The position numbers were made by a program, and so were the translations under genes. The notes beneath the pieces are model-generated. The model saw only the letters and a list, made by a program, of their open reading frames with translations. It was not told the origin of the DNA and did no database searches. Shown here piece by piece: positions 1-9,500 of a DNA stretch of 64,000 bases. The stretch is from Anolis carolinensis (Eukaryota), in assembly GCF_035594765.1 (NCBI RefSeq), contig NC_085842.1:263113749-263177748 (forward strand), given 5' to 3'. The number at the start of each line of letters is the position of its first letter. Positions within the stretch are counted from its first letter, which is position 1.

Positions 1-1810
1 CAAAACGCTCAAAGAATAAAGCCCAGCGCTGTTGCCTCTGATTTAACTTGCGGGCAGTTCTTAGATGTTCTAGATTCCGATGATCAGTATGGATCTCAAT
101 GGGAAATTTGGCCCCTTCTAACCAATGTCTCCAAGTTTCGAAGGCTGCCTTTATGGCCAAAAGTTCTTTTTCCCAAATAGTGTAATTTCTCTCTGGGGCT
201 GTTAGTTGACGGGAGTAAAAGGCACAAGGGTGAAGATGATCTCCCACTGGTTGCAAGAGTACAGCCCCAATTGCCACATCGGAGGCGTCAGCCTGCACAA
301 CAAAAGGGATTTTAGGATCTGGGTGCTGAAGGATTGGCTGGGACGTGAATAATTTCTTTAGTTGCTGGAACCCTTTCTTTGCTTGCTCCGTCCAGCGAAA
401 AGGCTGTTTCCCACGGATGCAGCTGGTGATTGGATCAGACCAGCGGGCAAAGTCTGGAATGAACTTGCGGTAATAGTTCGCGAACCCCAAGAAACGTTGC
501 ACCTCTTTCTTGTTGGTTGGCGCCCGCCATTCCAATACTGCTGAAACCTTTGCCGGGTCCATGGAGAGCCCTAGTGGTGAGACACGGTATCCCAGAAAAT
601 CTACCTCTTGTAGATCAAAAGCGCATTTTTCCAACTTGGCATAAAGTCCATGATCCCGCAATCGTTGTAACACCATTCTGACATGGTTCTCATGTTCTGA
701 TTGTGATCTAGAAAACACCAAAAAATCGTCCAGGTAGATGATCAAGAACCGATCTAGATAGTCCTGAAAGATATCATTGACAAAATGCTGGAAGGTTGCG
801 GGAGCTCCACATAAACCATAATTCATGACCAGGGACTCGAATAATCCGAATTTAGTCTGGAAGGCGGTTTTCCACTCGTCCCCCTCCCTGATGCGAACTA
901 GATTATAAGACCCCCGAAGATCCAGCTTGGTGTAAACCTTGGCCCCTCGTAGCCGATCTAATAGGTCCGAGATCAAAGGCAGGGGATAGCGGTTCCGCTT
1001 AGTGATATTGTTCAATGCTCTATAGTCCACCACCAAGCGTAGGTCCCCTGACTTCTTTTTCACAAACATCACTGGGGAAGCGGCTGGGGATTGAGAGGGT
1101 CTGATGAACCCCTTGCGGAGGTTTGACTCTATGAACTCCCTGAGAGCTTCTTGCTCTGGTTCAGTCAAGGAGTAGAGGTGTCCTCGCGGGATCGGGGCCC
1201 CCTCCACCAAGTCAATGGCACAGTCATAAGGCCTATGCGGGGGTAGTCTCTCGGCTTCCTTTTCATTGAAAACATCCCAAAAGTCTGAGTATTTCTTGGG
1301 CAAGGTGATGATGGATTCAGCGTCTGTGGCGTGACAGACCTTGGCTACAAGACAATGATTTTGGCAATATTTAGAAGCAAACTGCAGTTCTCTGTTGGTC
1401 CAAGAGATGCTAGGGTCGTGGAGTGTCAGCCATGGGATTCCCAAAATCACAGGGAAGTGGGGAACCTCGGTAACAAAGAAGGAGATCTCTTCCATGTGTT
1501 CCCTTATCCACATTCTGGTGGGCTCAGACCATTGGCTTACTGGACCTGTCTTTAGGGGGCGGCCATCTATGGCTTGCACCACCCGGGCGTTCTTGAAATC
1601 GTGATATTGTAATCCCAGAGAGTCGGCATACTCTCTATCAATGAAATTGTTTGTCGCTCCTGAGTCTATCATGGCATGGATCATGACGGGTCCTTTTTTC
1701 GCTGACCACAAGGTGACCACTAGGAGAAATAGGACCCCGGTTGGCGGCTCTTGAGTGGGGTTTTTGACCGGGTTGGCGAGCCTCTCTACGCCCGGTCGGT
1801 GGCTTCCCCC
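1..1810 (-). CDS. pol: Gypsy Pol (protease-RT-RNase H, partial), -1 frame relative to gag
   Basis: Manual translation: AMIDSGATNNF (PR), LPPHRPYDCAIDL, VDYRALN, IYLDDFL (~740-725), VQADASDVAIGAVL and TDHRNL (RNase H). No stop seen; frame runs off the window. Confidence 0.95.
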
Positions 1811-2772
1811 GCCGGCTTTGCGCCAGCTGCCTCGGACGCCTTCGTCTCCACGGAGGACGCCGCCGCCAGACGAGCGGCGGGCTTCCCTTTGGCTGGACAC
1901 TCTCTGGCAAAGTGGCCCCCGTTTCCGCAGTACCAACAGAGGTTTAAACGTTGGCGGCGGGCCTTTTCGGCAAGATCTAGTCTGGGACGCACATTGCCCA
2001 ACTGCATCAGCACCTCCTCGCTTCCTCTGGGGTATGGGGCTGGTGGCGGGGGTCTCCACACTGGACGTGGCTGGATGCCGGGCGGAGCGGGAGGTTTTGC
2101 TCCAGCTCTTCCACTCTGGCCTCGGATCCACTGTTTTCTGTTGGCAAGCATGACTTCAGCTCGTAAACATTGATCAATGAGTCTTTCAAGAGAGTTTGGA
2201 GGGTCCACTTTGGAGATTTCCTCCAACATCTCGATGTTAAGACCCTCCCGAAACTGTCCTCTGAGGGCTATGTCATTCCAGCCGGTGTTTTGGGCCAGCA
2301 CTCGGAACTCGGCTATGTACTGGGACAAGGGCCTGTCCCCTTGGGAAAGGCGCCGGAGTTTGTGGCCGGCCGCCTCTAAATTGTCCTCGATCCCCCAAGT
2401 CGCTTTAAGGTGATCCAAGAAGTTTAGCGCGGAACTTAGATGCGGGGAGGCTTGATCGAACAGTGCCGTCGCCCAATTGGCCGCTGGCCCGTCTAGGAGA
2501 CTATAAATCCATGCCACCTTGATGTCTTCTTGGGGAAACTCGGCATTTCGGGCCTCTAGGTATGCCTGGCATTGGCGACGGAAAACATGAACCTTGGAAG
2601 CCTCTCCAGAAAACTTGGTGGGCAACGCCAGGGCAGGGAGACGGGCTCCACGTTCCTTCAAGCCCCGTATTTCTCCCTCCTGCGCATGGAACATATCACA
2701 GATCCTGTCCACTTCATCCTTGGCGATGGTGTAGCTGAGTGGTTGGTCACCCGGTCTGGCTCCGGTAGACAT
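1786..2772 (-). CDS. gag: Gypsy Gag (328 aa), sushi/PEG10-like
   Basis: LPTKFSG...FRRQC capsid region; QGDRPLSQYIAEFR MHR-like motif; CWYCGNGGHFAREC zinc knuckle. Confidence 0.96.
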   Translation of the reverse strand: MSTGARPGDQPLSYTIAKDEVDRICDMFHAQEGEIRGLKERGARLPALALPTKFSGEASKVHVFRRQCQAYLEARNAEFPQEDIKVAWIYSLLDGPAANWATALFDQASPHLSSALNFLDHLKATWGIEDNLEAAGHKLRRLSQGDRPLSQYIAEFRVLAQNTGWNDIALRGQFREGLNIEMLEEISKVDPPNSLERLIDQCLRAEVMLANRKQWIRGQSGRAGAKPPAPPGIQPRPVWRPPPPAPYPRGSEEVLMQLGNVRPRLDLAEKARRQRLNLCWYCGNGGHFARECPAKGKPAARLAAASSVETKASEAAGAKPAGEATDRA

Positions 2773-2802
2773 TCTGGCCTAGGTTAAATGGTGCTTAGGG
2801 TG

Positions 2803-2812
2803 GCGGAGTCAA
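2803..2812 (-). promoter_or_regulatory. Self-priming primer-binding site TTGACTCCGC
   Basis: Lies 2 nt after the LTR end; exact complement of GCGGAGTCAA at 3309-3300 in the LTR; lacks the TGG of a tRNA-type PBS. Confidence 0.85.
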
Positions 2813-2814
2813 AC

Positions 2815-3726
2815 TGTCACGACCCAGGCTGCAGAGCACCAATAACCATACACAGAGGCCAGAATCTATCTAATATCTTTATTAAGGAAATATGTAAAGT
2901 CAACAAAAATAAGTGTAGAATATAGTTCAGAAGAAGACCTTTCAGGAAAGGTCAATTATAGTCCAGGAAAACAATGTCCAATATAAAATATTAAGGTCCA
3001 AAGTTGTAATCCAGTAACCGAAACACTCACTTTGCCAAGCAAAGTGAGGGGAAATGACAAGGTCCTTTAGTCCATGAAACTTAAGCAAGGCTAGGAAGTA
3101 AACTTGATTCTTGGAACACAAGGCTTGATTCAAGGCAACAAGAAACGAGGAGCAAAAACAAGATCCGTGGTGAATTCGTGGCGAGATCCAGGGAGCAAAA
3201 CAAGGTCCTGGAAAGCAAAAGCAAGGCTGGAAACGGGAACAAGAACTTGAACGCGGGAGCAGCGTAGTCCACACACAACCTACTCCCGGAGCTGACGAAT
3301 TGACTCCGCAAGATTCCTTCGTGGGCAAAACACCTAAGTAGGGTCTCGTTTTCCCGCCAAAGAGCAGTTCTCTGGAGAACCAGAAACGAAAGCTATTCTC
3401 TGAGTCCAGATGCATGACTCCTTAAAGTTTCCCATGGGAAGCAGGCTTAATCAGCTGAATGCTTTGCAGCGATCCTAGCGCTCCTGCGAGACGCCTCCTG
3501 AGCGCCCCTCTGTTGTTTACAATAATCATGGCGAGAAAATGGGGGAGATTTCGGCTCAGGGCTTGTTTGACAAACTTCTGGAAGACAAATCTCCTGCAGG
3601 TGCAAGGGCTCCATTTCTGGCTGAGAAAGCTCCAATTCTGGCTGAAACGGTGGGAAACCTAAGTTTTCCTCTTCATCTGTCACAACAGCGCTAGGAACGG
3701 GACTACATGGCCCATGAGTCATCACA
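2815..3726 (-). repeat. 5' LTR (~912 bp)
   Basis: TG...CA termini (TGTGATGAC...GTCGTGACA); AATAAA at 2883-2878; TATA-like TACTTAGG near 3340; directly precedes PBS and gag. Confidence 0.9.
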
Positions 3727-3749
3727 GGGCCTTAGTTTGGGGACCCCTG
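3727..3749. mobile_element. Terminal remnant of hAT MITE disrupted by the Gypsy insertion
   Basis: GGGCCTTAGTTTGGGGACCCCTG is identical to the end of the hAT element at 31782-31804. Confidence 0.75.
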
Positions 3750-3769
3750 GTTTAGAGGGTATGTTTATC

Positions 3770-3962
3770 ATGTTAGCAGATGACACCAAATTAGGAGGGC
3801 TAGCTAATACTTCAGAAGACAGGATCAGGATTCAAAATGACCTTAACAGATTAAAGAGTTGGGCCAAAACTAGGAAAATGAATTTTAACAAGGAGAAATG
3901 TAAGATACTGCATTCAGGCAGAAAAAAGGAAATACAAAGATACAGGATGAGTGACACCTGGC
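3770..3962 (+). mobile_element. CR1 LINE RT fragment
   Basis: ADDTKLGG...RIQNDLNRLKSWA...MNFNKEKCKILH. Confidence 0.9.
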
Positions 3963-4088
3963 TTATTTTGATGCATCTTGTGCAATTCAACTAGGATCAT
4001 TGCAAAAACATATATATATCTCAATTATAGAAAAACCAGACCTGCGTTATTTGTCACATTTATACAAAATTGCCAATGAACTTCTTAC

Positions 4089-4137
4089 GTTTCACTGCAA
4101 TTTCTTCCATAAGCTCTACAAAATTATCAGCTGGGTA
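4089..4137 (-). CDS. Putative internal exon (YPADNFVELMEEIAVK)
   Basis: Acceptor ...taaatag, donor AAC|gtaaga; only the phase-0 frame is open. Confidence 0.5.
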
Positions 4138-4559
4138 CTATTTAGACATACATGAGGCAGAAATGTTCTAAAATAAATATAAAATTATTTTGGGAATGTT
4201 CTAGTTTTCCAAATTTAAAGTAATCAGCTTGTAAATTAAACATATTTACAAGACAAAGTAAAGAAGACGCCAATATGAGGGGGAAAGCTTATTACTTATT
4301 TTGTGCTGCCATCTAGCAACATTTTAAAGAATCATCTGAGGAAGCTACACTATTTGGTATCACATGTATTGGTGTCAGCTGATATAATCTATCCATTTTT
4401 ACTAAGAAATAAATCCTAATGAATTCAGTGGGACTTGTCCCTATTGTTCAACATAAAGTAAAATACCAGAACTTTAAAGTCCTATTTTCCGGTTTTATAC
4501 ATTTTGGAGGTTATGTGGAATGACAGTCAGAAAAATAATGAGTACTATCTCCTCCTTAC

Positions 4560-4595
4560 CAAACAGGAGGCAAACAATTTGTACATCTCAGAGGG
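4560..4595 (-). CDS. Putative internal exon (PSEMYKLFASCL)
   Basis: Acceptor ctttctgtag, donor TTG|gtaagg, 36 nt, phase 0-0, compatible with neighbouring exons. Confidence 0.45.
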
Positions 4596-4910
4596 CTACA
4601 GAAAGTGTATTGGACAGAGGCATGGCAGCTTCCAACACCAATTTAAAACACTATTAAAGATAGCTCAAACTCCCAGTAACAACCTGTACATATTTATTAA
4701 AGTATTTGAAATAAATTCTTTCTTAATATCCACTGGCATTTGATTCCAGGACTCCCTGTAGCTACCAAAACCTGTAGATGCTCAAGTGCCATTATATACA
4801 ATGGCATGGTAAAAAGGGGTCCCTTATATAAAATAAAAATCAAGGCTTGGCTTTTAAAAAAATATTTTCAATCAATGTATTGAATCCATGGATGCAGGAC
4901 AAACTGTATA

Positions 4911-5233
4911 CAGTAGAGTCTCACTTATCCAACACTCGCTTATCCAACGTTCTGGATTATCCAATGCATTTTTGTAGTCAATGTTTTCAATATATCGTGA
5001 TATTTTGGTGCTACATTCATAAATACAGTAATTACAATATAACATTACTGTGTATTGAACTACTTTTTCTGTCAAATTTGTTGTATAACATGATGTTTTG
5101 GTGCTTAATTTGTAAAATCATAACCTAATTTGATGTTTAATGGGCTTTTCTTTAATCTCTCCTTATTATCCAACATATTCGCTTATCCAACGTTCTGCCG
5201 GCCCGTTTATTTTGGATAAGTGAGACTCTACTG
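4911..5233. mobile_element. Tc1/mariner (pogo/Tigger-like) MITE
   Basis: TIR CAGTAGAGTCTCACTTATCCAA, TA TSD. Confidence 0.92.
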
Positions 5234-5384
5234 TATTTTTAAACTTCATAATTTCTTGCTTAATAATGTAATTTGTATGTAACCAAATCATCAATGAAAC
5301 ATGTCATGTTGCTAAAGCAACACTGTAAGTTTAGATTTGATCCATTCCCTCTTCCTCAAATTTGTTTTTTCAAAAGGGATGAGA

Positions 5385-5934
5385 TCTACAATGGTTTTAA
5401 AATCTCTGGGAGTTATAGTTCACCCACATCCACAGAACACTGAGCATCCAACTGCTGATAGATCTTGACCAAACATGGCACACATACCCAACATGGATAA
5501 CTTTGAATAATGATGGGGTTTGGGAGGATTGACCCAGCATTCACATCCAGAGCCTAGTGACCCCTACCGATGATAGATCTGGACCACACTTGGCACACAA
5601 AACCCCTATGACCAACAGAACATCCTGGAGGTGGTTGAGGGGACTGACGTAGCATAATGGAAGTTATAGTTCACTGTGCAGCCAGAGAGAGCACTCTGAA
5701 CCCCATCGATAAAGGATCTGGAGCAAACCTGGCACACTTACCTAACATGACCAACTTTAAGTACTGGTGGAGTTTCAGTGGGATTAATCAGGCATGATGT
5801 GAGTTGCAGTCCATCCACATACTTATGCATATTCATCATGAGACCATTAATAAAATCCAAAAATAATGACTTTTTCAAATAGTGTTACAAATTACCAAAT
5901 ATCTAACCAGGGCATCGCTGGATGCCTAAGCTAG
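5385..5934 (+). mobile_element. Helitron-like non-autonomous element with about 4 degenerate ~125-bp internal repeats
   Basis: 3' hairpin GGCATC-gctg-GATGCC (5911-5926) then CTAG|T; repeated unit ...gagttatagttcac...gatctggaccaaacttggcaca...; 5' end uncertain. Confidence 0.6.
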
Positions 5935-6114
5935 TATAACTATATTATCAATGAAGTGTTTCATGCCACCTTAAAGACTAACAAATCTATAATGGTATAA
6001 GATGGGTTTTTTGTTAAAAGAGTCCACTTCAGCAATCCCAATTGATGAAAGATCATGATATACTAAATGCATTCGTTTCTGTCACAAGTTGTTTTTCCAA
6101 GAAACAATTAAAGC

Positions 6115-6390
6115 AGTGTTTTGTTGTGGGGCTTCAAATCAACTCTGACTTATGATGAGTTTTCTAGGTAAGATTTATTCAGAGGCCTAAATCACCTGGT
6201 ATTCTTAGTAGTGTTTTTTCCAACTAGAGTAACCTTATCACCTAGGCGAGATTTATTCAGGTGTGGTTTGCCACTCTACTCCTCTGAATATAGCACACAG
6301 CACCTGGCATTTCCTCGAAGCATCTCTTCTAACTATTAACTAGCACTCACTCTGCTTAGCTACTGAGATCAGGATATCACACATTCAAGG
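6115..6390 (-). mobile_element. Degenerate 5S rRNA-derived SINE
   Basis: 6295-6385 resembles the reverse complement of 5S rRNA (ctgcttagctactgagatcag); body similar to 7205-7745. Confidence 0.6.
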
Positions 6391-6452
6391 AAATGGTTAT
6401 ACAAGATACATATAGCACACTTATAGAAAGTCATATTTGTAGTATATTGTAT

Positions 6453-6866
6453 ACAGGCAGTCTCCATGGTATGAACAAAAGAGGTTCTGTAGGTTGTGTT
6501 TTTAAGCTGAATTTGTAAGTCAAAACAGTTACAATTTAAGTGTAACTCCAGCCATACATTAGCTTTGGATAGCGTAAGAAAGGGTTAACACTCCTATGGT
6601 GTTTCTTTTGCTGTCTGTGCCCCTGTTCAGAAGATTTTACCTCACTTTCTGTCCTTGAGATAATTGGATTTTGAAAAAAAATGGCTTGTTGTGGAAATAA
6701 GGATTGGTGACAAAGCTTCAGTGGAGACACCTTTTCCCCATGATAACTCTTTCAGGAGTGAATTTCCCTTCAGAGGGGTAGAGTTCTCTCATTTTCTGTA
6801 GTCTCACCCCAGTTCTTAACTATGAGTAGTTTGTAAGTTGGATGTTTGTAACTTTGGAAATACCTG
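6453..6866. mobile_element. Tigger-like MITE (second family)
   Basis: TA|CAGGCAGTC...TACCTG|TA; inverted homolog at ~15621-16066. Confidence 0.75.
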
Positions 6867-7204
6867 TACTGCTTTGGTAATACTGCTACACTTATAATCC
6901 TATTAAGAAAAGCCTAGGACCCAAAGATTATCCAAACTGACTAGATCAATGATTATTAAACTTTGTTCCTCCAGGTCAGGGATGGGCAAGCTTTGGCTCT
7001 CCAGGTGTTATGGGCTTCAACTCTAACAATTCCTAACAGCTGGTTGAAGACCAAAACAACTGGACAGCCAAAATTTTCCCATGCCGGCTCCAGGTGTTTT
7101 AATTTAATCCCAGAAACTCCAGAAAGTTTGGCCAACAGTCAGGAATTTGGGGGAACTTAAGTCCAAAACATCTTTAGCTGTAATGTTTGGGAACTACTGA
7201 ATAA

Positions 7205-7745
7205 ATTGCAGTGTGTATCTGCCTTCAAAATCACCTGTCGATTGATGGTGATCCAATGAATTTCGTAAGGTTTCATAGGTGGTTTTTACCAGGTCCTTCC
7301 CCTTATATAGGATTCCCAGTGGCGAAGTGCGTTAAAGCACTGAGCTGGAGACCGAAAGGTCCCAGGTTCAAACCCCGGGAGCGGCGGGAGCGCCCGCTGT
7401 TAACTCCAGCTCCTGCCAAACTAGCAGTTCAAAAACACGCCAATGTGAGTAGATCAATAGGTACTGCTCCAGCAGGAAGGTAACGGCACTCCATGCAGTC
7501 ATGCCGGCCACATGACCTTGGAGATGTCTATGGACAACGCCGGCTCTTCGGCTTAGAAATGGAGATGAGCACCAACCCCCAGAGTTGGTCACGACTGGAC
7601 TTAACGTTAGGGGAAACCTTTATCTTTACCCTTATATACAACCTACAGCACCTACTATTCACTGGCTGTCTCCCATCCAAATATTAACCTGGGCCAGCCC
7701 TGCTTAGCTTCCAAGATCAGATGGGATCTGGTGCATTTGGGTATA
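7205..7745 (-). mobile_element. 5S rRNA-derived SINE (SINE3-type) interrupted by a Sauria SINE
   Basis: 7640-7745 is the reverse complement of a diverged 5S rRNA (tctcccatccaa...ccctgcttagcttccaagatcaga). Confidence 0.8.
7310..7628 (+). mobile_element. Sauria SINE
   Basis: tRNA-like head with B-box GGTTCAAACC; ACCTTT-type tail; TSD CCCTTATATA at 7300-7309 and 7629-7638. Confidence 0.9.
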
Positions 7746-7816
7746 AACCCAACTGCCTGCCTGAAGCAAAACAGAGCAGTGTAATGAATGGGATATGATG
7801 GTTGATTAAGCAACTA

Positions 7817-8039
7817 AAGGTGCATCTATACTGCAGAATGAATGCAGTCTGGCATGATTTTAGCTGCGTGGCTCCATGCTATGGAATCATGGGAGTTGCA
7901 ATTGGTGAGGCACCAGCATTCTTGAGCAGAGAAGTTTAAAGACCTTGTAAAACTAGAACTCCAAAGATTCCATAGCATGGAGCCGTGGCAGCTACCGTGG
8001 TGGCAAACTGCATTAATTCTACAATGTAGATGTGCCTTA
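7817..8039. mobile_element. Foldback MITE, Harbinger-like (related copy ~10123-10350)
   Basis: Long terminal inverted repeat aggtgcatctatactg.../...tgtagatgtgcct. Confidence 0.7.
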
Positions 8040-8500
8040 TTCACTATTTAGGGCCCCTTCCACACTGATTAAAATCCCACATTATCTACTTTGAACTGGA
8101 ATATATAGCAGTGTGGATTCAGATAACCCAGTTCAAAGCAGATATTGTTGGATTTTCTGCCTCAATATTCTGGGTTATATGGCTGTGTAGAAGGGCCCTT
8201 GGTCCACTGAAATTGGAACTAGCAAATGAACTCAGACCTAGGGACCCTTCCACACAGCCCTATATCCCAGAATATCAAGGCAGAAAATCCCACAATATCT
8301 GCTTTGAACTGGGTTATCAGAGTCCACACTCAGATAATATGGGATTTTCTTTTTTGATATTCTGGGATATAGGCTGTGTGGAAGGGCCCTTGGTCTTTAT
8401 ACTTAAGAAGTTTTCCCAGGATCTCCAAGAGGTGATCTCAAAGGCTGGATGGTATCCATGTCAAGAGTTAGGAAATGTGTGTATGCATATGTGTATACAT

Positions 8501-8627
8501 CAGGTATGGGCAAACTTTGGCTCTCCAGGTGTTCTGGACTCCAACTCCCACAATTCCTAATACGGTGTTAGGAATGGCGGGAGTTGGAGTCCAAAACACC
8601 TGGAGGGCAGAAGTCTGCCCATGTCTG
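8501..8627. mobile_element. Short hAT MITE (URR1/Charlie-like hairpin); relatives near 6978, 9630, 21875, 27240, 32870, 39255
   Basis: CAGGTATGGGCAAACT...AGTCTGCCCATGTCTG; 8-bp TSD GTATACAT/GTATATAT. Confidence 0.85.
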
Positions 8628-8672
8628 GTATATATGTATGCATGCACATATATATTTATGTATATGTATATA

Positions 8673-8965
8673 GAGTCCTCGGTGGCGCAGCAGATTAAAC
8701 TGCTGAACTTGCTGACCGGGGTGACCTCTTGATGTTAGCTCTAGCTTCTGCTCACCTAGCACTTCAAAAACATGCAAATGTGAGTAGATCAATAGGTATT
8801 GCTCTGGTGGGAAGGTAATGGCGCTCCATGCAGACATGCCAGCCACTCACCTTGGAGGTGTCTACGGAGAACGCCGGCTCTTTGACTTAGAAATGGAGAT
8901 AAGCACCAACCCCCAGCGTCGGACACAACTAGACTTAATGTCAGGGGGAAAACCTTTACCTTTAT
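8673..8965 (+). mobile_element. Sauria SINE
   Basis: Homologous to 7310-7628; ggggaaaacctttaccttta tail. A 3' fragment also lies at 10750-10825. Confidence 0.88.
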
Positions 8966-9311
8966 CTATATGTATGTATAGTGTGTATGTGTATGCATGT
9001 AATATGTATGCATGTAAAATATGTGTGTGTGTATTGCACTGCAGATCCCAGAATTCCTCAAACAGCATGGCCATTGACTGGGGCATCCTGGGAACCGCCA
9101 TCCAATAAACTTGCCTGAGGTTTACCTCTCACATCAGCCCTAGTTCCACCTCATAACACGTCACCCATTGAGCTCCAGCGAGGACCCTCCTCCTCGTCCA
9201 GGGCCTCCTCTCTTCTCCCCAACTTTCCTTCCCTCCTTGCCTCACTTTCCCAGCTGCCACCTGAACCAGGCGAAACTGCTTCCAAAACTGGAAATGACGG
9301 GATAAACTCAC

Positions 9312-9341
9312 CTCATTGTTGAGGTTCAGAACTTGAGCCAT
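9312..9341 (-). CDS. Putative first coding exon of unidentified host gene (MAQVLNLNNE)
   Basis: Good Kozak (gacgATGG); donor GAG|GTGAGT; immediately downstream of CpG-containing promoter motifs. Confidence 0.6.
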
Positions 9342-9354
9342 CGTCCCTCACAAA

Positions 9355-9500
9355 GCCCCTCGCAGGCGCGTTGCTAGGGCAACAAGACACCCCAAACCAG
9401 GGCTTCTTTCCTCCCCTCACGTTTTCTCCTCAGCCCAAGCAAAAGAACGCGCATGCGCCACTTTCGCAAACTCTAGCTCCCTTTCCGGTTGGCGCTCTAG
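9355..9500. promoter_or_regulatory. Promoter with RFX X-box, NRF1 and ETS motifs
   Basis: GTTGCTAGGGCAAC 9370-9383; GCGCATGCGC 9449-9458; TTTCCGG 9482-9488; local CpG enrichment in non-repeat DNA. Confidence 0.75.

Larger units (their letters stand above)
1..3726 (-). mobile_element. Ty3/Gypsy (Tf1/sushi-like) LTR retrotransposon, 5' half; continues beyond window start
   Basis: Order on the minus strand is 5' LTR, PBS, gag with CCHC knuckle, then PR-RT-RNaseH. Confidence 0.97.

Noticed and set aside
1786-2772. Domesticated PEG10/RTL gene
   Set aside because: LTR, PBS and intact RT/RNase H show it is a retrotransposon.
7640-7745. 5S rRNA gene
   Set aside because: Diverged and fused to a SINE body, so it is a SINE head.
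4089-9341. Naming the host gene (PPP1R36 or CCDC38 considered)
   Set aside because: Only vague resemblance; diagnostic motifs and expected neighbouring genes are not seen.
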